A stretch of DNA of 64,000 nucleotides from Minisyncoccota bacterium. Its GTDB lineage: Bacteria; Patescibacteriota; Minisyncoccia; Phycocordibacterales; PALSA-1337. Positions 37,682 to 45,964 of this stretch are shown here, in pieces. Numbering within the stretch: position 1 is the first letter of the stretch; each line of letters opens with the position of its first letter. The position numbers were made by a program, and so were the translations under genes. The stretch spans positions 14,771 through 78,770 of the forward strand of contig JBAYFZ010000002.1 in NCBI GenBank assembly GCA_041666915.1. The letters are read 5' to 3'. Below the pieces are notes generated by a model. The model searched no databases. It saw only the letters and a program-made list of their open reading frames with translations, and had not been told where the DNA came from.

Positions 37682-39211
37682 ATGTCACTCAAACTAGTCG
37701 CACTTTACCTCTCCATCGCCGGAGTTGTCGGTGTGGCTGTCGGATATTATCTACGACTGATCATCTCATTGGGCAAAAAGGGTTCTATGGAACTTGAGAT
37801 CAAGGAAATGCTCCTTGCTGCCAAAGAGGAAGCAAAAAAGATCACCGCTGATACCGAAGCCAAAGCCGCCAAAATTCACGACGATGCAAAGATAGAGATC
37901 AAAGAGAAAGAAGATAAGATTCATCAAACCGAAGATCGTCTCGTAAAACGAGAGGATTTATTGGACAAACGTCAGTCAGATCTAGACAAAGAAGTAGAAA
38001 TGATCAAGCAACGCGTGGCTGAAATAAAGGCTATTCGTGAAAAAGCCGACAAAATGGAAGAAGATCGTAAGTCTGCTCTAGAGAAAATAGCAAAATTAAC
38101 GTCAGAAGAAGCCAAAGAACAACTCATCAAGCTCGTAGAAAAACAATCCGAAGAAGACTTGCTTGTTCGTATGAATAAGTTAGATACTCATGGCGAAGAA
38201 ATGTTAGATCAAAAAGCTCGAGATATTTTGGCTATATCTATCCAACGTCTTGCTTCATCAGTTGCTCAAGATGTCATGTCTACTTCCGTAGAGATTCCTA
38301 GTGATGATGTCAAAGGTAAAATCATCGGTAAAGAAGGTCGTAATATCAAAGCTTTTGAACGTATCACCGGTGTTGAAGTCATGGTTGATGATACTCCAGG
38401 AGCTATTACTATTTCATCATTTGATCCAGTTCGCCGTCATATCGCAAGAATAGCTCTTTCAGAACTCATCAAAGATGGTCGTATTCAACCAGCCAAGATT
38501 GAACAGGTTGTAGAAAAAGCCAAACAAGATATCAATAAAACCATAAAGGAAAAGGGTGAACAAGCTGCTTATGATTGCGGTATTATAGGATTAGACCCTA
38601 GAATTCTCCTTATTCTAGGCCGTCTCCATTTCCGTACTAGTTACGGTCAAAATGTCTTGCAACACTCCATAGAAATGGCACACATCGCAGGTATGATAGC
38701 CGAAGAACTAGGTGCCAATGTTCAAGTTGCAAAGGCTGGTGCTCTTCTACACGATCTAGGTAAAGCTCTAGACCATGAAGTTGCTGGTACTCACGTAGAC
38801 ATTGGTCGTCGTATCTTGCAAAAGTTTGGTGCATCAGAAGAGATCATCAAAGCTATGCAAGCTCATCATGAGGAATATCCTTACGAAACAGTTGAATCTC
38901 GTATCGTCCAAACTGCCGATGCAATTTCCGGAGCTCGTCCCGGTGCTCGTCGTGATAACATTGAAAATTATTTGAAGAGACTCGGCGATCTAGAAGCTCT
39001 AGCTAATTCATTCCCTGGTATTGAAAAATCTTACGCTCTACAAGCTGGCCGTGAAATAAGAATATTCGTTAAGCCAGAAGAGATCAATGATGTCGCAGCC
39101 AAGGAATTAGCTCGCAATATAGCCCTCAAAATAGAAAAAGACTTGAAATATCCTGGTGAAATCAAAGTTACTATCATCAGAGAAACAAGGACTATTGAGT
39201 TCGCTAGGTAA
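37682..39211 (+). CDS. rny: ribonuclease Y
   Basis: 509 aa; N-terminal TM, coiled-coil, KH (IIGKEGRNIK) and HD (LHDLGK) domains. Confidence 0.93.
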   Translation: MSLKLVALYLSIAGVVGVAVGYYLRLIISLGKKGSMELEIKEMLLAAKEEAKKITADTEAKAAKIHDDAKIEIKEKEDKIHQTEDRLVKREDLLDKRQSDLDKEVEMIKQRVAEIKAIREKADKMEEDRKSALEKIAKLTSEEAKEQLIKLVEKQSEEDLLVRMNKLDTHGEEMLDQKARDILAISIQRLASSVAQDVMSTSVEIPSDDVKGKIIGKEGRNIKAFERITGVEVMVDDTPGAITISSFDPVRRHIARIALSELIKDGRIQPAKIEQVVEKAKQDINKTIKEKGEQAAYDCGIIGLDPRILLILGRLHFRTSYGQNVLQHSIEMAHIAGMIAEELGANVQVAKAGALLHDLGKALDHEVAGTHVDIGRRILQKFGASEEIIKAMQAHHEEYPYETVESRIVQTADAISGARPGARRDNIENYLKRLGDLEALANSFPGIEKSYALQAGREIRIFVKPEEINDVAAKELARNIALKIEKDLKYPGEIKVTIIRETRTIEFAR

Positions 39212-39271
39212 AAAACGAGGTCCGACCTCACAGAAAAATACCCCTAGAAAATCATTCTTCGGGTATTTTTT

Positions 39272-39493
39272 GTGAAAAAATGGTATAATATAGCAATGAA
39301 TAAGCATTGGTCAGTTGATGAAAAAGAACTTGTCAAGAATCCAGAGGCACATACCATCTGGAAGCTTGAGCAACGTATAAACTGGGGTATCGGTGAGAAA
39401 ATCATGAGTAAAGTTGATTTACTTAAATTCTGGGATCGCCTAGATATAGATCCTTGGAAACGCAAGGCTCTCGCTCTTGCATTATTTGCATAA
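39272..39493 (+). CDS. small hypothetical ORF upstream of the AbiEii-like gene (possible truncated antitoxin partner)
   Basis: 73-aa ORF ending 18 nt before the 39512 start; no family recognised. Confidence 0.3.
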   Translation: MKKWYNIAMNKHWSVDEKELVKNPEAHTIWKLEQRINWGIGEKIMSKVDLLKFWDRLDIDPWKRKALALALFA

Positions 39494-39511
39494 TTTCTAG
39501 CTTACATAAAC

Positions 39512-40171
39512 ATGCAGTCAATTCTCTCCAAGAATCAACAGAATTTGCTTTCAATTCTTGCCAAAGAAAGCCTGATAACCGACAATTTCTATTTAACTGG
39601 CGGTACCGCTTTGACAGAATTTTATCTCCACCATCGCCTATCTGAAGACTTGGATTTCTTTTCCGAAAATGAATTTGATCCACAAGCTATTTCTACACTA
39701 TTTAAGAAAATCCAGAAAAGTGCTGGTATTAAAAAAGTCTCCTATGAGCAAAGCTTTAATAGAAACCTATTCTTTTTAGAATTGGAAAATGACTCTATAA
39801 AGACAGAATTCACCTATTTCCCTTTTGCAAGAATTGACCTCAAGCAAAAACTGGATGATTTATCAGTTGATAGTTTACTAGATATTGCCGTAAATAAGGT
39901 TTTTACCATATACCAAAAACCTCGTTCTCGTGATTTCATTGATTTATACTGCATATTGCAAGAGAAAAAGGACTGGACGATTGATGATCTAGCCAAAAAG
40001 GCTCAAGTAAAATTTGATAATTTCATTGATCCCCTACAGCTTGCCGCGCAATTCGTCAAATGCCAAGAATTGAAAGATTACCCTACGATGATTAAAAAGA
40101 TTGATGAAAAAGACTGGCAATCATTTTTTATGAATGAAGCCAAAAGACTTTCAAGTGGTGAGGTAAGGTAG
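39512..40171 (+). CDS. AbiEii/DUF1814-family nucleotidyltransferase (type IV TA toxin-like)
   Basis: 219 aa; YLTGGTALTEFYLHHRLSEDLDFF is the AbiEii/DUF1814 N-terminal motif. Confidence 0.6.
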   Translation: MQSILSKNQQNLLSILAKESLITDNFYLTGGTALTEFYLHHRLSEDLDFFSENEFDPQAISTLFKKIQKSAGIKKVSYEQSFNRNLFFLELENDSIKTEFTYFPFARIDLKQKLDDLSVDSLLDIAVNKVFTIYQKPRSRDFIDLYCILQEKKDWTIDDLAKKAQVKFDNFIDPLQLAAQFVKCQELKDYPTMIKKIDEKDWQSFFMNEAKRLSSGEVR

Positions 40172-40374
40172 GTACTAATATTTTACTTTTTAAATTTAAT
40201 TCAAAAAAATTCAAGAACAAATTGGCTATATATGTCAATAGTATAACTCCTGTTGCTTATAATACGGCTTACTATATAATTATAGCCACGGTTCGAGACT
40301 CGTCCCGCTCTCCTCTCGGAGATAGTGGTGCGGGGCGGGACCAGTTAGTAATTTATTAAGTAATAAAAACAACT

Positions 40375-40647
40375 ATGAACAAAGCAGGTATTGTAGATGC
40401 AGTTCACGCAATCCTCGGAGGAACCAAGGTTCAAGCCGAGCAAGCAGTCGAGACAGCCATTAATAGCATCATTGATTCACTCAAGAAGGGTGATGAAGTA
40501 TCTATCGCAGGTCTCGGTATCTTCTCAGTAAAACAGCGTGCAGCTCGCGAAGCTCGCAATCCTCGCACGGGTGAGGCCATCAAGGTCCCAGCTATGAAGG
40601 TTCCAAAGTTCCGCGCCGCAAAGGCCCTCAAGGACGCAGTTAAATAG
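40375..40647 (+). CDS. hup: DNA-binding protein HU
   Basis: 90 aa; GLGIFSVKQRAAREARNPRTGEAIKVPAMKVPKFRA is the HU arm signature. Confidence 0.93.
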   Translation: MNKAGIVDAVHAILGGTKVQAEQAVETAINSIIDSLKKGDEVSIAGLGIFSVKQRAAREARNPRTGEAIKVPAMKVPKFRAAKALKDAVK

Positions 40648-40717
40648 TAGCTCTGTAAGGCTATTACAAACAAACTCAATAGGATCACCAAAAGTCTTCT
40701 TATTGTTATCGAACAAA

Positions 40718-40746
40718 AGACCGCCTTAACAGCGGTTTTTTGTTTG
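40718..40746 (+). terminator. rho-independent terminator after hup
   Basis: accgccttaacagcggt hairpin followed by ttttttgtttg. Confidence 0.6.
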
Positions 40747-40814
40747 TACAGTTGACTTTACGGATACAATCGTATACAAACGAATATAAGCAATAAATCA
40801 AAACGTAATTTTCC

Positions 40815-41892
40815 CTATTGGGTTTTGATTGTTAGATTCCTAATCACGGCTTCCAACTTTTTACTATTACCATGACTTATCAACCCTAAATAGGACTGCA
40901 CTGTAGCTGATTTACCGTTACATGATTGTAATTTTCGAAACATTCTCCTTTTAGCACTTGTCCGCAGAACACGGTGGTCAGGAAAATTGATCCACCCAAG
41001 ATAATCGTTACCGGAAGCAATCGTACGTATAGAGACTTTTTTTGGATGTAGCTGGAGTATTAATCTATTCTTCAGAAAATCAGTGATCTTTTGAATAATT
41101 TGGTATAGCCAAGTTCGGTCAGGTGACAAAATTACAAAATCATCAGCATAACGGATATAATATTTCGCTTTTATTTTATGTTTCATATACTGATCAAATT
41201 CATTCATATATATGTTCACCAGCAACTGCGAAGTAAGATTGCCAAGTGGTAGACCGACACCTTTTCCAGTTGAAGAAAAACTATGCACGATTTCTGAGAT
41301 AAGAGCAACGATATCCTTATCTGGAATATACGTTTCAAGAATCTGAAGCAAGTTTCGCTGATCAATCGAGGCAAAGAATTTACGTATGTCGCATTTGAGC
41401 ACCCAAGCAGTTCGAGTATGGTTATGAGTGACTTTATTGGAGAAAACCATAAATCTATTGACGGCTTTATGTGTCCCCTTTCTCAACCGGCAAGAGTATG
41501 AGTCAGATATGAATGTCTTATCAAAAAATGTGTAAAGTATTCGATAGATGGCATGATGTAATAGTCTGTCACGAACAGTGGCTTTGTGTATGTCTCTCGG
41601 CTTGGGATCATTGATTTTAAATGCTTCATATGGCGAATGCTTGTAATTCCTATTTGTAAGATCCAGATGCAATGAAATCACATTACTCATCAAGTCACGT
41701 TCAAATTCCTGAACATCTTTTCTTGATTGCTTACCTTTCTTAAATTCTTTCCAAGCCAAAAGAAGATTTTCGATAGAAATGATATCATCATAGGTATGAT
41801 TAGATCTGATTCGTCGCAAACTATGAAAGCCCCCCCCAACCGGATTTTGCCGGTCTTGAATAATGTCAAAAATGCTTATTTGTTGTGGCATA
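40815..41892 (-). CDS. diversity-generating retroelement (DGR) reverse transcriptase; ATG at 41892 or, more likely, TTG at 41819
   Basis: RT motifs incl. YIRYADDFVI, and LPLGNLTSQLLVNIY with SQ in place of the QGxxxSP seen in other RTs, which is the DGR-RT hallmark. Overall collinear with Bordetella-phage-type DGR RTs. Confidence 0.85.
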
Positions 41893-42233
41893 GTTATTAT
41901 CAAGATTTACCAAAATTTAATCGGAACTCCTTCGGGTACCGCATCGATTCATTGTTTGTTGAAACAATTGAAGCTATTGTCACCGCCAGTTTCTTGTCAC
42001 AGCAAGAAAAGCATCCGTATATCCGACTTGCTATACGAAAACTTGATACACTCAAGATATTGCTCATGATCCTATGGGAAACTAAATCACTCAACGACAA
42101 GAAATACATCGCACTATCAGTAAAACTCGATGAAATCGGTCGCAACCTAGGTGGTTGGAGTGGACAACTTGCAAAATCTCTCGACAATACTCGAGATAAA
42201 CAAAACTCCCCCATGAAGACGAGGGAGAAATGA
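41823..42233 (+). CDS. avd: DGR accessory variability determinant (Avd-like four-helix-bundle protein), encoded on the strand opposite to the RT
   Basis: LDEIGRNLGGWSGQLAKS matches the Avd C-terminal motif (IAEVGRILGSWIARV-type). Belongs to the 23S-IVS/four-helix-bundle family. Confidence 0.7.
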   Translation: MKAPPNRILPVLNNVKNAYLLWHSYYQDLPKFNRNSFGYRIDSLFVETIEAIVTASFLSQQEKHPYIRLAIRKLDTLKILLMILWETKSLNDKKYIALSVKLDEIGRNLGGWSGQLAKSLDNTRDKQNSPMKTREK

Positions 42234-42238
42234 AGAGA

Positions 42239-42367
42239 GTTGCGTGACGGAGAGCCGGATTGTTACCGTTCCAATTGTTGTCGAGCCAGTTCCAATTGAG
42301 AATCACCTTGTCGCCGTTCTCGTAGAGATACGGGACATTGAGGTTACCGTTGCGGTTCCGCACGTAT
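42239..42367 (-). repeat. DGR template repeat (TR)
   Basis: About 128 nt, roughly 85% identical to 42791..42917. On the coding (minus) strand the mismatches sit almost exclusively at TR adenines (AAC/AAT codons). Shares an identical GC-rich 18-nt 3' end (cggctctccgtcacgcaa) with the VR. Confidence 0.85.
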
Positions 42368-42433
42368 ATGCAAAATGCCTCCCATACCACCACCCTTTGA
42401 ATACTCTCAAGGTTGAATCGAATTCGGCATCTC

Positions 42434-42630
42434 ATTCAGCAGAATGACCTACTGAGCTAATGCCATAGCATTTTACACCAAGTATCTTCAATTTTTGAAG
42501 TGTCTACATAAACCCTCCGAGAGAAGCCTGATTCAGCAGAATCACCTACTGGGTTGACCGCTCTCGTTCTCAGCTTATGGATACTGGATTCGGCCGCTGG
42601 AAGCCTTGACCGCCAGCAGATTCGCCTACT
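42434..42630. repeat. three degenerate direct repeats (cagcagaat[g/c]acctactg, cagcagattcgcctact) in the TR-VR spacer
   Basis: Copies at 42434..42456, 42531..42553, 42612..42630. Related to the 25-nt insert cccagtaggcgatcctgctggatc at 18541..18565, in inverse orientation. Confidence 0.5.
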
Positions 42631-42778
42631 ACCAGATATAAGTTTACCATATGCAGAAAACCCACACGATTTCATCATGTGGGTTTTGAATGTCAGCGGC
42701 TCATTCCATGCCGAGTGGTTAGACCACCAAATTTTTAGGACAAAGGTCAAAGTGCAGAAAGTGCAAAGTGACCAAGGT

Positions 42779-43414
42779 CTAAGTGCTAACTTGCGTGACG
42801 GAGAGCCGAAGAGTCCCGTACCAATCGTTGCCGAGCCAGTCCCAATTGAGAATCACCTTGTCGCCGCACCCGTAGAGATACGGGACAGAGAGGCTACCGA
42901 GGCGGTCCCGCACGACTGATGCCCAGCCGAAGACTGCCTTATCTTTAAAGTATTTCCTGAAAAAGACAATACCTTTCTTCTGGATTTCTTCAAGGTCTCG
43001 AAGACCAAGACAAGTCTTCAACGTGTCGGTTTCCCTGAGATGAGTGTAGATTTTGTTTCCCCCGATACACCCATCCTTCTGACCATCATGTAACCATTGC
43101 TCCACCTTGGTGATGTCATATTCCGTAGGACCGACATTCTCCAATTTCGGATGCATCACTTCCTTCACCCAATCTGGATATGAAGGACGAATGGAGCGAT
43201 CTACGCGGATAACAGGGTCAATCGCCAGTTCTGGTTCAAGGATGGGTTTGGGCTTGATGATTAATTCCGCTTCGCCACTAGCGAGCCGAATGACCGACTT
43301 AAGGTTATCACCAGTAGAAAGCCAATCCAAAACGGCTGTACTACCGCCGTTGCGTTGGAAAGCGAATTCCAATTTCTGACCCGCACCTTGACTCATTGTG
43401 AACGTGCTATTCAT
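42779..43414 (-). CDS. DGR target protein carrying the variable repeat at its 3' end (VR 42791..42917)
   Basis: 211 aa. The C-terminus ...VPYLYGCGDKVILNWDWLGNDWYGTLRLSVTQVST corresponds to the TR-encoded ...VPYLYENGDKVILNWNWLDNNWNGNNPALRH. Confidence 0.75.
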   Translation of the reverse strand: MNSTFTMSQGAGQKLEFAFQRNGGSTAVLDWLSTGDNLKSVIRLASGEAELIIKPKPILEPELAIDPVIRVDRSIRPSYPDWVKEVMHPKLENVGPTEYDITKVEQWLHDGQKDGCIGGNKIYTHLRETDTLKTCLGLRDLEEIQKKGIVFFRKYFKDKAVFGWASVVRDRLGSLSVPYLYGCGDKVILNWDWLGNDWYGTLRLSVTQVST

Positions 43415-43658
43415 AATAGCTTGTCCTTTCTTTATTGTGAGCGAGCCTTATTAAGGCATGCTCTGGTTTATTATGCTGGGCTCTTCGCCACAGCACTCAA
43501 AGCCCTAAAGTAAGGCGCTAAATGCTGTGGCGAACGCAAATTAGAGTATCAAAGAACTTATGTTATGATAAGTATTATATCATAACTGTTTTATAAGTCA
43601 AGTCAATGAAATAATGACTCTATTTAGGTATATATTTGTGTCACCCTATTCTACTTTG

Positions 43659-43729
43659 TGCGGGATGGGAGAATCGAACTCCCGACCGATGATTGGAAAT
43701 CAGCTGTTATACCATTTAACTAATCCCGC
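43659..43729 (-). tRNA. tRNA-Gly (anticodon UCC)
   Basis: GCGGGAT acceptor stem; D-arm GTTA/TAAC; anticodon arm GCTGA-TTTCCAA-TCATC (one C-U mismatch); T-arm GGGAG-TTCGATT-CTCCC; discriminator A. No encoded CCA. Confidence 0.7.
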
Positions 43730-43812
43730 ATATGTTGATTGAGAACAAAATCTATACTAGCAATAATATCCACCCGTAACAAGATGTAATGCTATATTTG
43801 TATTTTAAAAAC

Positions 43813-44247
43813 TTATTTACTTACTGACTTATCTTCAGGAGAGACTGCTTCTTTGATCTCATCAACTTCTTTCTTGATCTCTTTTATAGTCGCTTGAATC
43901 TGATGTATCTCTGCTTCCTCTTCTTGAACCTCCCTTTCAGTCTTGTCCGTAGCTTTCTTTTCTTTTTTGAGACCACTCATCACAATACTTTGTCCAATAA
44001 AAGAAGAAACAAAAAGACCTGTTGCAAGAAGTATTATTGTAACGATGATCGCGTTCACTGGTTCATAGAATAACCAGCCCAACCATCCTCCCCTAGCCTG
44101 CAAAATGTCTGCTGTATGCCATACACCGCGCCAGAAAAGCACAATGGCCGTACCTCCGATGAGAGTATAAACTATCGGATACCTGCTCAAATGACCACGT
44201 ACATTATCTTCAAATTTATCAAAGAAATTAACTATTTTTTTTATCAT
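43813..44247 (-). CDS. hypothetical membrane protein; start at MIKKIV
   Basis: Two TM helices. The longer ORF (to 44289) would run through the tRNA-Pro gene. Confidence 0.5.
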   Translation of the reverse strand: MIKKIVNFFDKFEDNVRGHLSRYPIVYTLIGGTAIVLFWRGVWHTADILQARGGWLGWLFYEPVNAIIVTIILLATGLFVSSFIGQSIVMSGLKKEKKATDKTEREVQEEEAEIHQIQATIKEIKKEVDEIKEAVSPEDKSVSK

Positions 44248-44248
44248 G

Positions 44249-44321
44249 TCGGAGCGCCGGGATTCGAACCCGGAGTCGCCTCTTCCCAAAAGAGGAATGT
44301 TAGCCGTTACACCACGCTCCG
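44249..44321 (-). tRNA. tRNA-Pro (anticodon UGG)
   Basis: CGGAGCG acceptor; anticodon arm CCTCT-TTTGGGA-AGAGG; T-arm CCGGG-TTCGAAT-CCCGG. Confidence 0.8.
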
Positions 44322-44343
44322 ATAACTAAACTATCCTAACATA

Positions 44344-44754
44344 TTATAAAATAATATTCTCTATCATTCTTAATTTCGCCATACGATTGGCCATATTCAA
44401 ATAGACGCATATAACGTGAAAACGAAATTCTATTTCAAGTCCTATATGGTTTTCATCCAAATAGGTTTCTACCATACGCCTAATATGCCTAATTTTCAAG
44501 CCATGAACATTATCTTCTGGACGACGAGTATCATTACCAAGATCGTGAAAAGATTGAACGGTAACACTTTTGACTTCAAAAAAATGTAGAATATTGTCTT
44601 TTTGAGCAATAATGTCTATTTCTCCCCAAACCTTTCTATAATTACGATCAACGATAATAAACCCTTTATTTACAAGGAATTTACAGGAAATGTCTTCGCC
44701 CTTATTCCCTGTCAACTTGTTATTAGACTTCCTATTTTGACGTATATTAGCCAT
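44344..44754 (-). CDS. YraN/UPF0102-family endonuclease-like protein
   Basis: 136 aa; KGEDISCKFLVNKGFIIVDRNYRKVWGEIDIIAQKDNILHFFEVKS is the YraN pattern. Confidence 0.65.
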   Translation of the reverse strand: MANIRQNRKSNNKLTGNKGEDISCKFLVNKGFIIVDRNYRKVWGEIDIIAQKDNILHFFEVKSVTVQSFHDLGNDTRRPEDNVHGLKIRHIRRMVETYLDENHIGLEIEFRFHVICVYLNMANRMAKLRMIENIIL

Positions 44755-44938
44755 AAAACCTGTCTTTTATACACCAAATCCACAGGGTTATCCCCAGTTG
44801 TCCATTACTTTTACGATTTTTAGCCGTATTCTTTAGGACTTAGTCTCATATAAGTCCTATGCAAAATTAGATGCGCAATAAAAACGCCTAAAAATATAAG
44901 TTAATTAGAGACAACAATATTTAATAACCTCTTCCCTG

Positions 44939-45009
44939 TGCGGGTAGGGAGAATCGAACTCCCAACTTATCGTTGGCAACGATACGTTTTACCACTAAAC
45001 TATACCCGC
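44939..45009 (-). tRNA. tRNA-Gly (anticodon GCC)
   Basis: GCGGGTA acceptor; anticodon arm TATCG-TTGCCAA-CGATA; T-arm GGGAG-TTCGATT-CTCCC. Confidence 0.8.
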
Positions 45010-45113
45010 TTTGATTACAAACAAGAGTATAACTGTATTAAGTCTTTTTTACAAATTATATCTATACTGTGCTTGCACTACGAAGCAATTGGCTATTAGC
45101 CAATTGCGAAGTA

Positions 45114-45186
45114 GTGCGCTCGGTAGGACTCGAACCTACAACCCCTTGGTCCGAAGCCAAGTGCTCTATCCATTGAGCCACGAGCG
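45114..45186 (-). tRNA. tRNA-Arg (anticodon UCG)
   Basis: GCGCTCG acceptor; D-arm GCTCAATGGATAGAGC; anticodon arm CTTGG-CTTCGGA-CCAAG; T-arm GTAGG-TTCGAGT-CCTAC. Confidence 0.8.
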
Positions 45187-45858
45187 CGTATCTCCATAAT
45201 ACTGTATTAATAGCTTTTGCCAAGCTCTCATAAGTCTGAAGACATAGACATCTGTTATATAAAGACACATACAACCCTTATAATCAGGGTTTTTCTTTAT
45301 AATACGCTTGGTTGGCTTATAAATTGTTCTGTGAAACAAGCTTGGATTTACACCCAATTTACCAGCCCAAAACATTTCTATATTTTCATATCCAGGAACT
45401 CTATGTATAAAAAGACGACATTTTATCCTATCGCTATCAACCTTTAGATATTTCTGAATCCAGTTATACATAAAAACAACCATGTCTGGATCAGAATTCA
45501 CAAATTGAAAATTATTGTGTCTTTTGGCACCTTCAGCCCAATATAAAGTAATCCCAATCAAAAACCGATGATCGGTCTGCATTTCCTTAAAAATCTTTTT
45601 TGCATCTTCAAAAGCCACTATTTCCCTATTGAGTCTTGACTGCCGATTGGTCGCGGCCGACTTCAACATACCCTTTCCTCTCCTATCAACTAACCTTTTA
45701 GCAATACCCTCTTTTTCTTCTCTAGAAAATTCCAAATCTTTGAACCAATATGACAATAATCCCCTTGATACGGGTACTATTTGTGTTATTTCAGAGTAAG
45801 TCATACCCTGTTTTCGTAGCTCTATTGCTTTATTTTTTTCTATTAATCTTGCTGTCAT
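45166..45858 (-). CDS. HTH plus possible LAGLIDADG-like endonuclease-domain protein; 3' end overlaps tRNA-Arg by about 20 nt
   Basis: 230 aa; N-terminal ELRKQGMTYSEITQ HTH. LIGITLYWAEGAKRHNNFQFVNSD is reminiscent of a LAGLIDADG block. Weak. Confidence 0.4.
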   Translation of the reverse strand: MTARLIEKNKAIELRKQGMTYSEITQIVPVSRGLLSYWFKDLEFSREEKEGIAKRLVDRRGKGMLKSAATNRQSRLNREIVAFEDAKKIFKEMQTDHRFLIGITLYWAEGAKRHNNFQFVNSDPDMVVFMYNWIQKYLKVDSDRIKCRLFIHRVPGYENIEMFWAGKLGVNPSLFHRTIYKPTKRIIKKNPDYKGCMCLYITDVYVFRLMRAWQKLLIQYYGDTRSWLNG

Positions 45859-45964
45859 GTTACATAACTATAATACACTGTTCAATTTTTGAATACAAGC
45901 ATGGATTTATCAACCGCAAACAACCTGATTGGAGAAAACCCCAAACTATTGTAGAATCAATGTC

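Noticed and set aside
42091-42435. 114-aa minus-strand ORF spanning the template repeat
   Set aside because: It exists only because the TR copies the 3' end of the target gene. It reads through into the avd gene on the other strand, so it is treated as the noncoding DGR template rather than a gene or pseudogene.
42427-42633. Possible mini-CRISPR array next to the RT
   Set aside because: Only three degenerate repeats of about 22 nt with 80–100-nt irregular spacing and no cas genes. This is better explained as DGR-associated spacer structure or iterons.
42554-42919. Plus-strand 121-aa ORF across the VR
   Set aside because: Antisense to the DGR target gene, whose reading frame is the one showing the TR/VR codon logic.
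43813-44289. Extended N-terminus (MGRGDSGFESRRSD) of the membrane protein ORF
   Set aside because: The extension is the translation of tRNA-Pro. The start was moved to the MIKKIV Met at 44247.
45062-45274. 70-aa minus-strand ORF
   Set aside because: It is read through the tRNA-Arg gene, so it is an artefact of tRNA sequence.
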